DNA of 64,000 bases from Fistulifera solaris (lineage: Eukaryota), in contig AP026143.1 of the NCBI GenBank assembly GCA_030295235.1, forward strand, positions 186,001-250,000, written 5' to 3'. The notes under the pieces were generated by a model. That model was not told the DNA's origin. It did not search any database and was given only the letters and a program-made list of their open reading frames with translations. The first letter of the stretch is position 1. Every line of letters starts with the position of its first letter. Shown here piece by piece: positions 36,171 through 49,212 of the stretch. Both the position numbers and the translations under genes were made by a program.

Positions 36171-39100
36171 CTATAACTGGCGAGTCTTTTTCAGAGGCGG
36201 CTCATCATTTGAAGGGACTGGGCCGTATCCTCCGCCGCCTGGGGTCTCGATCCGTAGACGCTCACCGACATCCATTGATCCGCTGCAGCGTCCACCAATG
36301 TTCACAACGGTACCATCTTTCTGAATCAGTAAATTCCGACCACAAGCACCCTCTTCGCCTCCGTTCATACCGTACGGGTGCAGCGTTCTCCGTTCACTCA
36401 GAATGCTCATGGTTAAGGGGCGAAGAGGCTCCAGTTCTCTGATCACACCGTTTCCACCTGGATGAGCCCCTTTTCCTCCACTGTTTGGTCTAATGGAAAA
36501 TTCTTGCAACAGCACGGGATATCTTCTTTCTAAAATCTCAGGATCTGTGATCCGAGTGTTGGTGCAATGCGTGTGTATACCATGCTGACCGTCCCAGGTC
36601 GGACCAGCACCCGCTCCTCCAGCAATCGTTTCGTAATAGCCGAATTTCTCATCACCAAAAGTTAAGTTGTTCATACAGCCCTGGCTTGCAGCGCACGCCT
36701 TGAAGGCTTTCAATACGACATCTACGACGCGTTGACTCGTCAAAACATTGCCGCCGACCACACCGGCTTCAGCCGAAGGATTCAATAGACTATGGTCAGG
36801 AATAATAAAGCGAATCGGAGCAAGGCATCCTTGATTCAACGGGATTTCCTGACCTACGAGAGATCGTAACGAATAAATGACGGCGCTGTAGGTAACTGCA
36901 GGAGGGGCATTGTGATTGGCACGAACTTGATGCCCGGTTCCGGTAAAATCGAAAGTCGCAGAACCTGTTTCTGGGTCGATGGTGACTGTCAGCTCGATCG
37001 GAGACCCGTCGTCCATGTAATCGATTGCGTGGGCGCGCGCTCCGTTCTTTCTAGCAAATTCTTTCAACATGAAACGAACCGAGTTTTCAGCGTTCTTTTG
37101 TATGAAACCCATGTAGGCTTGTACATGACGAAGACCGTATGTTTGCACAAGCTCTTTCAACAAACGTATGCCGGCGTTATTGGCTGCAACTTGGGCTCGC
37201 AAATCACTGAGATTGTCGCGCAAATTGCGCGTACCCGAATTGCCAGGTAACTTCCCCGGTGCTTGTAGAATCTCGGTTATTCCTTCTTCTTGAAATTTGC
37301 CATCTCGTACCAATTTGAAGGCGACAATCATAGCTCCTTCGTCTTCCAAGCGAGTCGAATGTGGCGGCATAGAACCCGGCGATATGCCACCAATGTCTCC
37401 ATGATGTCCTCTACTCGCGACAAAGAATATGATCTCACCTTCATGAAAGACTGGAGTTATTACCGTGATGTCGGGAAGATGAGAGCCCCCAGCAAGTTGC
37501 GGATGGTTCGAAACAAGAACTTCTCCCTCTTTTATCCCCTCACGTCCTTCGCTATTCCAGTAATCAACTTGAAAGCTAACGGCGCGTTCCATAGCACCAA
37601 GGTGGACAGGAATATGAGGCGCGTTGGCTACTAATCCACCATTTTTAGTGAAAAGGGCACAAGAAAAGTCTAGTCGTTCTTTCATATTGACACTAATCGC
37701 GGTTCGCTGCAAAACTCGACCACATTGCTCCGCAATGCTCATGAACCTACAGCAAAAAAGTTAGAAAGTTTTCGTCTGGAAATTTACATTCAGTGCATTC
37801 ATCATAAGCGTACCTGTGACCAAAAATGGAAAGTTGAACTGGATCTTCTTTAATTTCTTCATCCTCTTCGACTGGTTTCTCTCCACTCGAACCGATGCTG
37901 ATCTCCAAATTCCCATTTGCTGTGACGAATGCACTGCAAGCCACTTCCAAAACGACTGTACTAATCGGTTGCACAATGATGCTAGGGCCCTGGATCACGT
38001 GCCCAGGTGCTAAATCCTCTGATTTATAAACGGGGACTTCTTCCCATCCATTTTCAAAATAAGCTCTCGTTGTGTCGATAGCAGGTGGCGCACCCTTCTT
38101 CGGTGGTGGGGGAAGAATACTAGGAGTACTACCGGGAAAAACCGAGCGCACACGGTAGTCATCAATCAATACGTCTCTTCCTTCCAAAACAAAACCAAAC
38201 TCCCTTTCGTACACGGCACGAAACACTTGATCGAATGATTTTCCTGGTTCTTCTTTGATCATAATGGAATTGTCCGTGCCTTGATAGCGAAGGTTCAAGT
38301 AGCGTTCGACGACTACCGATTCTTTCGCATGGCCCTGTTGCACCAACGCGGCTACAGCGCGATCGGCCAAATGCTGCAATCGTTCTTCGCCCGAGACACT
38401 CAATTGGCCCATGTATGTTTCGGCAGCAGGTTCCTGTTCTTCGTGAACAGCATCAGCCATAGAAAGTCCATACGCAGATAATATACCGCCATATTTATGA
38501 ACGAGCACTTTTTTCATACCCAATGCTTTTGCCATGAAACAACCTGCGATCCGAGAAGTTAGGAAACCATACAGAATCCGGTTGCCACACAACAAGCAAC
38601 AGTCGTATACGTACAATGCTGCGGCCCCGCTCCACCGAAACAAGCCAAAATATGAGTCGTAATATCGTAGCCTTTCATTTGTGTCAAATTACGAATGGGA
38701 CGACACATGGCTTCGTTGGCCACTTGCAAAAAGCCGTACGCCAGTTCATCGGCCGAACGTCCATTCGCTTCCGGCAAGGCCGTCAATGCCTCAAAGGCCC
38801 GACGAGCACCCTCCACATCCAACGGTTCATCTTCATGGGGACCAAAAATGGAAGGAAAGTACTTGGGAATCACCCGGCCCAACACCACATTGGCATCGGT
38901 GACGGCCAAATATCCATTCTTGCGATAACAAACGGGACCGGGATGTGCCCGCGAGGATTCCGGTCCCACTCGAAAGAGACCGCGCTCCAAAAACAGACGC
39001 GATCCACCCCCGGCGGCCACGGTATGAATGTCCAATTGCGGTGCTTGGATGGCGACACCGGCGGTGACCGTCTCGAACACGTGCTCGAGAGAACCCGCGT

Positions 39101-40193
39101 ACCGCGAGACATCCGTCGACGTTCCACCCATATCAAAGCCAATGACCGGAGTGGGTGCCGCGTACGATGTTTTCGCATATCCGACGACTCCACCGGCCGG
39201 ACCCGACAGAATGGCTTGATGTCCTCCAAAATCATGGACGGGTGCCAATCCCCCATCGGATTTCATAAACGTCAACGGTACATTTTTCAAGTTCTCATCA
39301 AAGCCTTGTTGAAAGGACGTGAGATAGTGGGTAATTTGGGGCGTCAAATAGGCGGCCGCCGCTGTCGTATGACCCCGCGAGACCAATTTGACCATGGGAT
39401 TGATGCGATGCGATAGGGCAATGTGTTCAAAACACCGCAACGAAGCCGCCAATTCTCCAATCATCGTTTCGTGTTCCCCATACACATACGCATGCATCAA
39501 ACAAATCGCCAGTGAGGTAATGCCTTGATCCCGCAATTGTAAAAGGTCGTCCCGAATCTTGGGTAGATTGGGTCTTTGTACAATGAGGACGGATTCTCCC
39601 GTGACACCTTTCCGCGATTCGTATTGTTGCGACCACGCGGCCGGGGTATATTTTTGCAACACGATGCGTTCGTCAATCGGCACGACCGTTTCGTATAAAA
39701 GGCCCGGTTTGGCACACGTCAAATCAAAAATATCCGGTCGACTCTGATTCCCAATTTCGAGAGCATCTTGAAATCCTTTCGTGATGAGCAAAGCCATTTT
39801 GGCACCATTTCGTTCCAACAGGGCATTTGTTGCGACGGTCGTACCCATGCGAATGCTCCCAATCCGATGCGTGGCGACGGGCTGTCCGCGGGGATATTTG
39901 TGCGTCATGTCGTATTCTTCCAAAAGTTGACGAATCCCTTCCGTGGGGGCATCGGGATAATGGGCCGGATCTTCCGATAACAATTTGCGGACGACTTCCG
40001 TCCCATCGGGCAAACGACAAAAAATGTCGGTAAAAGTACCACCCCGATCAATACTGAAATGAAATTTTTGATCTGTAGTAGTCATGAAGACAGGGCGTGC
40101 TGTACGAAACGAAGAAGGAAGAACAAACGAAGAAGAGATAACGGCGGTCGAAACAACACCAAACAGAAGCAACGAAAGAAAGGGCTTGTTCAT
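36171..40193 (-). CDS. OXP1: 5-oxoprolinase (ATP-hydrolysing), 3 exons, with N-terminal bipartite presequence
   Basis: [49 protein letters not shown]. Introns 38614-38544 and 37813-37747 restore QHCCFMA and [10 protein letters not shown]. Confidence 0.95.
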
Positions 40194-40717
40194 TCACAGC
40201 AATCGAACGCTAGAACTTCTATTGAAATAATAGAAACAACACTAAGGCGATGTTATGTATGGAAAGGGCACGATGTTACTACATAAACAAAAGCCGCTGC
40301 AATCTGCAATAATGAAGACGAGGCGGACCGATGATTTTGGGAAAAAATCTTCCTCATCCGCCGAAGGCGTTACGAGTCACGAGTCACGACGATAGGTTGA
40401 TGAGTAAGGACCTGTGATTTTGGAAAACGTCATCACGTATTTATGGGAGTCGTACCAGTACTGAACTGGGACAATCCTAAAGAAGAAAACGACAATTTCC
40501 AGTACAAGATTCTACGTAGCGTCCACGAGGAAGACGAATGAATTTTAACAAATATTTCCGTGCACCGCATCGTGTTGGAGTTCACCTCCGACCCGAGCGA
40601 CCCTCAGTGTTTAACTTGTAGGTCAATTAAGCTATAAGCCAGAACTAGCGAACAGGTAGATCAATAGTCTTTCTTTTGTCTCTTCTTAGTCTTTGTTGTT
40701 ATTATCTACTGGATTCA

Positions 40718-40745
40718 TCCGAATCAATGAGCTCATTGATTCGGA
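40718..40745. repeat. Perfect 28-bp palindrome
   Basis: TCCGAATCAATGAG|CTCATTGATTCGGA. Confidence 0.95.
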
Positions 40746-42239
40746 CGAGCTCTGGGTCATTCCTCTTCCAGCCACTCGATCGGCCCGTTACCGTCTTACT
40801 TGACTTGCCTATCTTGCCGACTGTACGAGGGACTTAGATGCTCAACGCCCTCTGCTAGTTTAAGCCTGACCGGGAGTCACTTCTTCAGTCACGACCGGTA
40901 CTGGATTTTCTCCAACACATCGTCCCAGTAGCAGGTACGAGATATAGCATTATTTTTCTTTATTTTTCACGAAGAAACGGGACAGCTTACAAAGATCAAT
41001 GATGATTCATTAGACCCCTTATTTTAATCATCGCTTTGGTCAAAAGCTGGTCAATATTCTTGTGCTCGCGGTCTCCGGGACTTTACATGTGAGTCAACAG
41101 CGGCCTGCACATTACCAGGTAGCGCACGTGAGAAGGAAACATCAAATGAAACAGGCGTTCTGCCGGATTGAAAAATAAAATCAATAGTTAATAAATTGAT
41201 ATTTATCATTTCTAATACTTATTCTTTTTTTTGGTTACCATCGACCATGTTCGATCCGTCACGGCGTTGACCAACATTATGCTCAAATCTTGTTGAATTT
41301 ATACATATCGTGTATAAAATGATACATTTGAACGATCACAAGTCACAAAACAAAATCAACCAGCAAGTTCGGATAAGAAAAATGTCAATTAAAGAGCAAA
41401 AGCACAGTCGAATCGTTTCTGTTTAGAAATCTTGCCAAATGATAAAAATGAAAGGGATCGTGCCAGCAAAAGCGGTCGAATCGTTTATCTGTTCGAGAAA
41501 TCGTGCCAAGTGATAATGAGAGGGATCGTGTGAATCTGACGTGTGCAATGGGGCTGCGGGGCGGGGTCGCGCCGTGACTCAAATTTAACAAAAGTAAATC
41601 ATCGTGCAATCGCAGCGCTTTCATCGGGATGATGCACATAGACCATAGAGACTTGTACTACTGGTGAGAGACACAATGCAAAATGCAAATATCCCCGTCG
41701 TTGTTCGTAAATATAAGTACCAGTTACATTCCAGGTATAAGTACATCGCCCGATACCTACTTTGTCCCTTGCCCCTAAGTCCTCATTTCTCATTTTTCAT
41801 TTTTCAGCTTTTTTCTTTTTTCTTTGAGAACGTGGGGTAGTACAGAATAAGAAAGTGATTGGGGATTGGGAATAAAAAGATGAATATGGAACACATGCAA
41901 AACCGATCTACGTTTCGACTTCCTTCTAGAACTAGTGTAAATTACACTAGTTCTAGAGAATGAAGTCGAGTGTAATCATTCAAGGATAGACATGAAAGAC
42001 ATAAACGATATAACAAGTGATCAACAATGACAGTGAGTGGTGAGTGAATTATACAAGCAAGACTCAGGACTCCGTCTACCAGCTTAGGTATTGCTGTGTT
42101 CGAACTTCGAACGATACACGCTACGCACCACGTGGTGTTGCATCCGAATCGTATCAAAAATGAGCTCGGCTTCAAAGGTTCGTACCACATCTCAAAAACT
42201 CTTTCCTAACAATATCTGAGATCTGAGAAGCAACTTTTC

Positions 42240-42900
42240 AACGACCCAAGACGTAACACAACGATATTACCATGAAGTTTCTTACCCCATCCATTTTCTT
42301 TCTAACTTCGCTTTGCAGTGCAAGCACACGCGCCGTTTCCGACACCATCGCGGTCCAACGAGCGTTGGCTGAGCTAAACTTTCCTTTGAAAGACTCAAAG
42401 ACTCGCTTGAGGAAGCGCCAGCTCTTCAACTTTTGAGGATTGATACGCCTTCGAGGGACGGCACTCCTTCAACAAATGCAACTGTTGCGAGAGTTGATAC
42501 TCCTTCGCGAGATGAAAATCCCTCGGGAAATGCCACAGGTGCGAGGTTTGACACTCCGTCGAGAGACGACACGCTTTCGATGTTTGACACTCCTTCGAGA
42601 GATGAAAATCCCTCGGGAAATGCCACAGGTGCGAGGTTTGACACTCCATCGAGAGATGAAAATCTCTCGGGGTTTGACACCCTTCTAGGGATGACGGTCT
42701 TTCGCGACTTGACACTCCTTCTAGGGATGATACCCTTTCGGGATTTGACACTCCTTCGAGGGATGGAACTGCTTCCTGGGATGATACCTGGGATGACACC
42801 TACTCGTGGGACGACACGGCCCCTGAAGAAGATGCTTCCGTCGTTCAAATGCAGGAAGTCAGCTCGGCCTTCATGATGAGTCCGTCTTTTATCATGCATG
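42240..42900 (-). pseudogene. Degenerate gene fragment built on an 18-nt-based (36/54-nt) tandem repeat
   Basis: GA(C/T)AC(T/G)CC-type anchors at 42442, 42496, 42550, 42586, 42640, 42676, 42711, 42747, 42783. It reads SSLEGVSNxE-type repeats on minus, with a 1-nt deletion (~42680) and a stop at 42426. Confidence 0.5.
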
Positions 42901-43601
42901 TCACTGCAGTCACTGCTTCCGTTGTGTACTTGTTGATTTAAGAAAACCAAGTAGATTGATCATACATAAAAATACATATTTTATTTAGTGAGATCTTCGA
43001 TACGTCGCACTTCTTCGTTTTGTCCGTTTTCCTTTTGTTGCTGCTTATTCTGCTGCGCGAACTTTGACATGAAGCTTAAAACAAAAGAGCGCTGAAAAGC
43101 GATGGATGCCTTGGGAATTGGGAAGTATGGGATCGGAAAAGGGAAAAGGATGTCGCAACGCCTTGCGTTTTGCGTTATCTTCAAACGGTGATGTACAAGT
43201 ACCTGGTAATTCGGTACCAGGTAACGTAATTCAACGTGTTGCATGCCTTTTTTCATTCTATTGCTAACCTTATTATCGCAATAGGATTAATTGTAAGGTA
43301 CGTGTACCTGGTACTGGTTCAGCACTCCGTACCAGGTGCCGTATGATTTTCGAGGCATCTTGTTCCAGGACTGGATCACAATGGAGTCACGTATCCTTTA
43401 GTAGTGACAAATGAGAAATGAGTATACGGGTAGAAAGTAGAGCTCTCACATATCTTCCGACCTTCCACCAACGATACGGCGCTTCATTCTTGTTGTTGCA
43501 ATTCCGCTTTCGTTCTCATCATTCTATCGACGCATCAGTCTACTACTTTTTCTTCTTCTTTTTTAAAAAGACTACCATGATACACAACAATTGACGAAAG
43601 A

Positions 43602-46318
43602 ATGAACGAAAGTACGGGTTTACTGCCAAAGGCACGGGACATTCCGAATCGTTCTACGAGATTGACATCGCTCTTTGAACATCCCGGCCATGGTGCCGCC
43701 ATTCGTCCGGAAGAAAATGAAGAACGGGAAGAAAGTAGAACTAATCCACATTTACGCTCCATTTCCCCAGGAGCAACTGTTTCCTGCCATGATCTTTCGG
43801 GAACTTGCGTGGGTTCGTTCGTCTTTGTCATTTATCATGTCGTCTTTTGTTTGGCCCAAGCGGCATCCGTTCCTGGACAGACAGGGGTGCTCGCCAAGGT
43901 GGCGGCATTGGGGACGTTGACGGCCGGGACCTCCTTTATCTTTCAAATCCACATTCCCGCCCTGTATCCCGCAACGGATTTGTTTCTCGCGCCGTTCTTG
44001 GCGCAAATGGCGGAAACCATTCAAGACATCCTGCAGACCAAAGGCGTGCAGGACAATAATGATGACACTCTGTTTCTCAATACTTTGTTAGCAGTGACCG
44101 GGTTTGGTTTATTATTGTCCGGAAGCCTTTCGATACTTGCGGCACGATGGAAATTGGCCAATTGGGGTGCTTATTTGCCCTACTCGGTTTTGTGTGGCTT
44201 CTTTACCACCATTGGCATTCTCATGTGGACGTTGGGATTTTCCGTCGATACGGGTATGAAAGTAGGACAAGTTCTCATGTCGAACGATCGAACTGTTGTG
44301 GAAGATGCTGTTTTGCATCATTTCCCGTCCGTCGTGGTGGGATTTCTCATGCATTATGCAGGACGACAACATCCCTACTGGGTTCTCTTTTGCATTTTCA
44401 TGACAGTCATCATCTTTTACACGATATTGTGGACGACCGGGACGTCGATCGCCCAAGCACAAGAAGTCCAATGGCTTTTTTCACCCAAGGATTTGCAGAT
44501 ACCACCACGTGAGGCGTACGGTCCACCGCTGCCGTTCGGAACTTTGGTGGCAGCGTGGAACGGTGGCGTTGACTGGGATGCGTTTCGGGCCGCACTTCCC
44601 ACCGTGATAGCACTCGCGTTTCTGTACGTAATTCGATGTTCCTTGCATGCGGCGGCCCTCTTCAAAAACAAACGATTGTTGGTCCGCCGCAACGAACACT
44701 CGGATGACGTGTTGTCGCCCATGGCCACCGCGAGACCCACTCGCACGCGAAACCAACCGCCGCGTCTCACACTGGGAACGATTCTGGAAAACGGATACGG
44801 GTATTCGCAACTCGTGGCGGCCTTGATCGGAGGCATCACGGTCGCACCTTCGGTGGCGGCGTCATTGACGCTGTTTCAATTGAATGCCGAGAAGCCCGCT
44901 CCACAATACGGATCCAATCTCTTGCTCCTCGCTTTCTATCTTTCGGATTTTCAACTCGTCCAGTACATTCCCAAAACGGCATTCTCGTGTCTCATGGTTT
45001 TGGCGGGTATCGATATGTGCCGCACGTGGCTCATTGGATCCTTTTTCAAGACAAAGGACAAGATGGAATGGGCAGTGGCTCCCTTGTTGGTGATTCTTTC
45101 CTTCAGTGTGGGAATGTTGTACGCGATTCTGATGGGCATTGCGGCATCAGCCTTTCTCTTTGTGGCCAACTTTCAAAAGGCGGGCACCGTCCGATTTGTC
45201 GGCAGTGGCTTATCGTTGCAGTCGACCGTGGAACGTACGCCACGGGAAGTGACCTGGCTGGAACAGAACAACTATTTGACACAAATTCTTATGGTGGGAA
45301 TCCAGGAGATGCTGATAGTGTTTTTTTACGAAGCGTTAGCTCACAGTTTTCACCTTCTTTAGCTCCAAAACTATCTGTTTTTGGGAACGCTCAATCGATT
45401 TTCAGTTACGTATCCACCATGTTCGAAGACGACGATTTTCAAAGTGACTTGAATGATCGATCGGAGCTGGACTCAATACCACCAACGTTTGTTCCGAAAT
45501 ACATTATTGTTGATTTCTCCATGGTATCCGGGATGGACACGAGTGCTGTTGATTTGTTTCACGAAATTGTAGCCTTGTGTCGGGAACATGATTGTACACT
45601 GTTTCTCTCGGGTACCACCGTCCATTTACGATCGTTCCTGGCGGGGATCCGTGGATCGCACGTCCGACTCATGACCGATTTGGAAACGGCTTTGGCCAGA
45701 GCCGAAGATGGTTTGTTGTCACGAATCTTTCCGTTGGAGGCACGTTCGACGACGACTCCTGACGGTTTTGTGAATGCCTTACACAAACTGGAGGAACAGC
45801 ACCGTCGACCCATGGCACTTGAAGCCTTGCGCGACTACACGTCACTCGTAGAATTGATTCCCGGAGACGTTTTGACACAAGACCAAGGTGGTATCTACTT
45901 TGTCGAAACGGGATTGTTGAAGCGGACGGCACCGCATCAAACGACTTGGCAACCCAGTTGGCGGCATAGGAACATCCATCCGCCCACCATAGGACAGTTC
46001 CATGCCAGTAGTAGTCGTCGTTTGGCGGAACTGGAACAATCGTTTCGTGTCGCTCGTGTCGGGCCAGGTTGGATCATTGGAGGTATGGAGGAAGAAGAAA
46101 AAGAGGCGGAGCATGGTGATTACGAGGCTCTAACCCCATGTCGACTCCACCATCTCCCCTTGTCGGTCATGAAATCATTGGAACATAGTCACCCAGCGCT
46201 TTCGATCCAATTGTACAAATTGCTGTCGTTTCTGACCACGAAACGACACGAAACGACCATTCAGCATCTCGATCAATTGGTCAGGATATTGAATGGAAAT
46301 GCCCCACGCTGGGAGTGA
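43602..46318 (+). CDS. SulP/SLC26 anion transporter with STAS and cyclic-nucleotide-binding domains
   Basis: Multi-TM; YLPYSVLCGF. Intron 45294-45362 plus a T-run frameshift gives LQNYLFFGNA; IIVDFSMVSGMDTSA (STAS); IYFVETG..GPGWIIG (cNMP-like). Confidence 0.88.
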
Positions 46319-46442
46319 ATCTAAACGGCATGATTCCAATCAAGGTAACTGTAAACACTGTGATGATTAGTCGAACGCTTGCTGCGGCAAACCACTTAAT
46401 AAGAAAGAATGGAAGTATTCGTTCCATAAATTTGAAAGAATG

Positions 46443-46486
46443 TTCTATTATCTATAGATGGAAATTCTATTATCTATAGATGGAAA
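46443..46486. repeat. 22-bp perfect tandem duplication in intergenic DNA
   Basis: TTCTATTATCTATAGATGGAAA occurs twice in tandem. Confidence 0.9.
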
Positions 46487-46704
46487 GTGCCCGAGGCCCG
46501 AGTTCAAAGCACAACGTGGTACCGGTACCGTTTCGACAACTAGAGTAGTAGCATTATGGCCAGAACACTCATCAAATGCACACTACTATTACGTATGATT
46601 GATATAGTACATAGTGCTCCTTTCATCGGTGCAGGGTTTTTATTATTTGCGCATCTTTGATGAAACAGGAAAGCATCCCATTCTATTCGCCCATAAACAC
46701 CACG

Positions 46705-47339
46705 ATGATGATCATTCCTCACGGTTGGGTATCTGGGATTGCCTTGCTACTACTACTCGTAGATTGTACGGAAGCCTTCCTTTCCGGGAGGACGACGACG
46801 ACGACGAGGGGCTTTGGTTTGTGGATGGGTCTTTACGACCGACCGCTTCCACCGCGACCTCCTCCTCTAAATAATGATGACGAAGACGAAGATGAAGAGG
46901 ACATTATTGTGGCTGTTTCCAGCCCATTGTTTCAATTCAATGCCTTGGGTCAAGAAGTCAACAACTTATTGCCTCCCTTACGGCGACCTCTCGATAAGGG
47001 CATTCCTTGTTATTTCGAACCAAACGACCGGATGGTTCAAAATTTAATCGACAAGACATCTTGTGCGGTAGAAGATGCGTGTTGGGCCTTGGAAGCGTGT
47101 CAAGGAGATATGACGGAAGCGTGGACGCGCATTTCGGTCGCCCGACGGAATCAATTGAATCAAAAGGAACGCCTCGAAAATAATGTCGAAACCGAATTTC
47201 AAAACAGGAAACAAGCACGCTTGGAAAAGAACAAACACGACAACGTCTCGAACGAATGAAACGCACGAAACCCGATACGCCGTGGTTGCCCATCTCCAAC
47301 CCGAAACCGATCGATGATGAGCCCTGGTTTACGGGATGA
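46705..47339 (+). CDS. Probable plastid protein with UBA/EF-Ts-N-like helical domain (frameshift ~47230)
   Basis: Signal peptide ..DCTEA-F; VQNLIDKTSCAVEDACWALEACQGDMTEA. The shifted tail reads ..PWLPISNPKPIDDEPWFTG*. Confidence 0.6.
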
Positions 47340-47421
47340 AACGTTACGAATAATAAATAGTCGCTATGTATTCATTTTATCCGATCCATGACATACTATA
47401 GAAATATATTCATCACTCAAC

Positions 47422-48647
47422 TCAATACACTTCCACATGCCACTGATGATTGGCTTGCCATTCTTTCAACTTCATCGACCAATCGATCCCCTTCCGTGTC
47501 GCGACTTGTTCCAGTGCGGTCAAAATACCGGGCATCATCCCTTTGAGTCCACAAAAGTAAATCACGGCACCGTGATCTAATTTGAAAAACAATTCATCGG
47601 CCCGGGCCGCCAAGACATCTTGGACGTACAATTTTCCGCCGGCGGTATTCTTCATTTCCCGACTGATCGCGTACGTGACTTCGAGATCGGCCGCACTCCC
47701 TTGTTGACGGGCCTCGGCATTGTTTTGTTGCATCGCTTGCAATTCTTCTTCGTACAACAATCCACTACGTACGGGGACTCCCAAAATGAGCCACGCCTTG
47801 GCGTTGAACAAATGCCGACTGACGGTATTTTCGATAAACAATCGATGCAAAAGCCACGGAACGGGGCAATCCCCGTCCCCGTCGCCACCATGATAATATC
47901 TTTCGAAGGATCGTCCGGCAACAACATGGTCTTTCCGACGGGTCCGGCGACTTGGACCATGTCACCCACTTGGGTGTTGCACAACAAGTTACTGCAAACA
48001 CCTTGTTTCTCGGGATCGGCCAATCCGGTGATGGGATCATAAAATTCGGCCCGTCGAACACACAACGACACGGTTTGACCATCCAACAAATCCCCGTAGC
48101 GCGTACTGGCAATACTGTACAATCGTGGTTTGTGCGGTTTGCCGGCTTGGTCGACACCGGGCGGAATCACCGACAGCGATTGTCCTTCGACGTAATGTCC
48201 AAACTCGGCCGGCAATTGCAACACAATGTGTTGAATGTCCCCGGGAGCATCCTCACCAATCAATCGGGCACGTCCCAAGACTTGCGCTAGTACGGGTTCT
48301 TTTGGTTTAATGGTGTTACTGGGCAAACCAATGTCTTCGAGCCAGTGTTGCGCATCGTCCAACACGGACGGTGGTTCGGGGACGGCCGCCAAATAGTGAT
48401 ACTGGGCGCCTTGCGACAAGCGACTATCGAGGGAACCGGTGCCACTGAATTTTCCTTCCAATTCGGGATCAAAGAGTTGACGATTGCCCGAAGGCACCAA
48501 AGCAATACCGGCACCCGCTTGGCGGACTTGGTCGTCCGATACGGCCGGGCGATGTGTCGTTGTGCGTCTTGGTTGTTGTACCACAAAGGCGGCAACGCCG
48601 CTGGGAATTCCTAGGCACAAAAGAAGAAGAGTGAATGTCGATTTCAT
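47422..48647 (-). CDS. petH: Ferredoxin-NADP+ reductase, plastid (frameshift ~47850)
   Basis: Presequence ..VAA-FV; YVEGQS, RLYSIAS, LCVRR, GVCSN, GPVGK, ATGTGIAPFR, CGLKGM, terminal WHVEVY. Confidence 0.95.
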
Positions 48648-49212
48648 GGTGTCTCAAGTGTTGTTGCTTCAAATTTATCTGCACTAGTAGAAGGAAAGAC
48701 GGGCTTCTGGTTTCCTTTTTCGTTGTGATGGCACCCTAAGATTTTCGTGGTGGATGGGAGGAACGCTTTTTGTTCTCCTTCCGTCCTACTCTATAAGCAA
48801 AGAGTACAAAGACATCTGGATTTGATCGATGATGATCTGCGGCGGGTTTCTGCGGACGACGGATGGACGAGAAAGACTTTGGCTCATGACTAAAAATAAT
48901 GCAGTCGTGATATATGTTGTCCACACTTTAGCTCTATACTCCGAGTCATAAACACGAAAAAAAAACGAAAACCCGCCTGCTGCTAGACTAGTGTCAAATG
49001 AATCTGGATTCAGGGGTTCTAGCTGACTTCTATCACCATCAAGCTACTGCACTTTTGGGAAGTGCTATTATTGCTGTGCGCGAATGTGCAAGAAAAACAA
49101 TCGGGTATCTCACCCCCTTTCGACGACAAGAAAGCTGTACCAGGTAACGACTTCCTCGTTTTTATAAACTGAAATGCTTCTTTATCTTCTTAACGAATCA
49201 CACTACGATTAT

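Noticed and set aside
42440..42800. CRISPR-like appearance of the repeat
   Set aside because: Spacers are short and themselves duplicated, the period is codon-based, there are no cas genes, and the context is eukaryotic.
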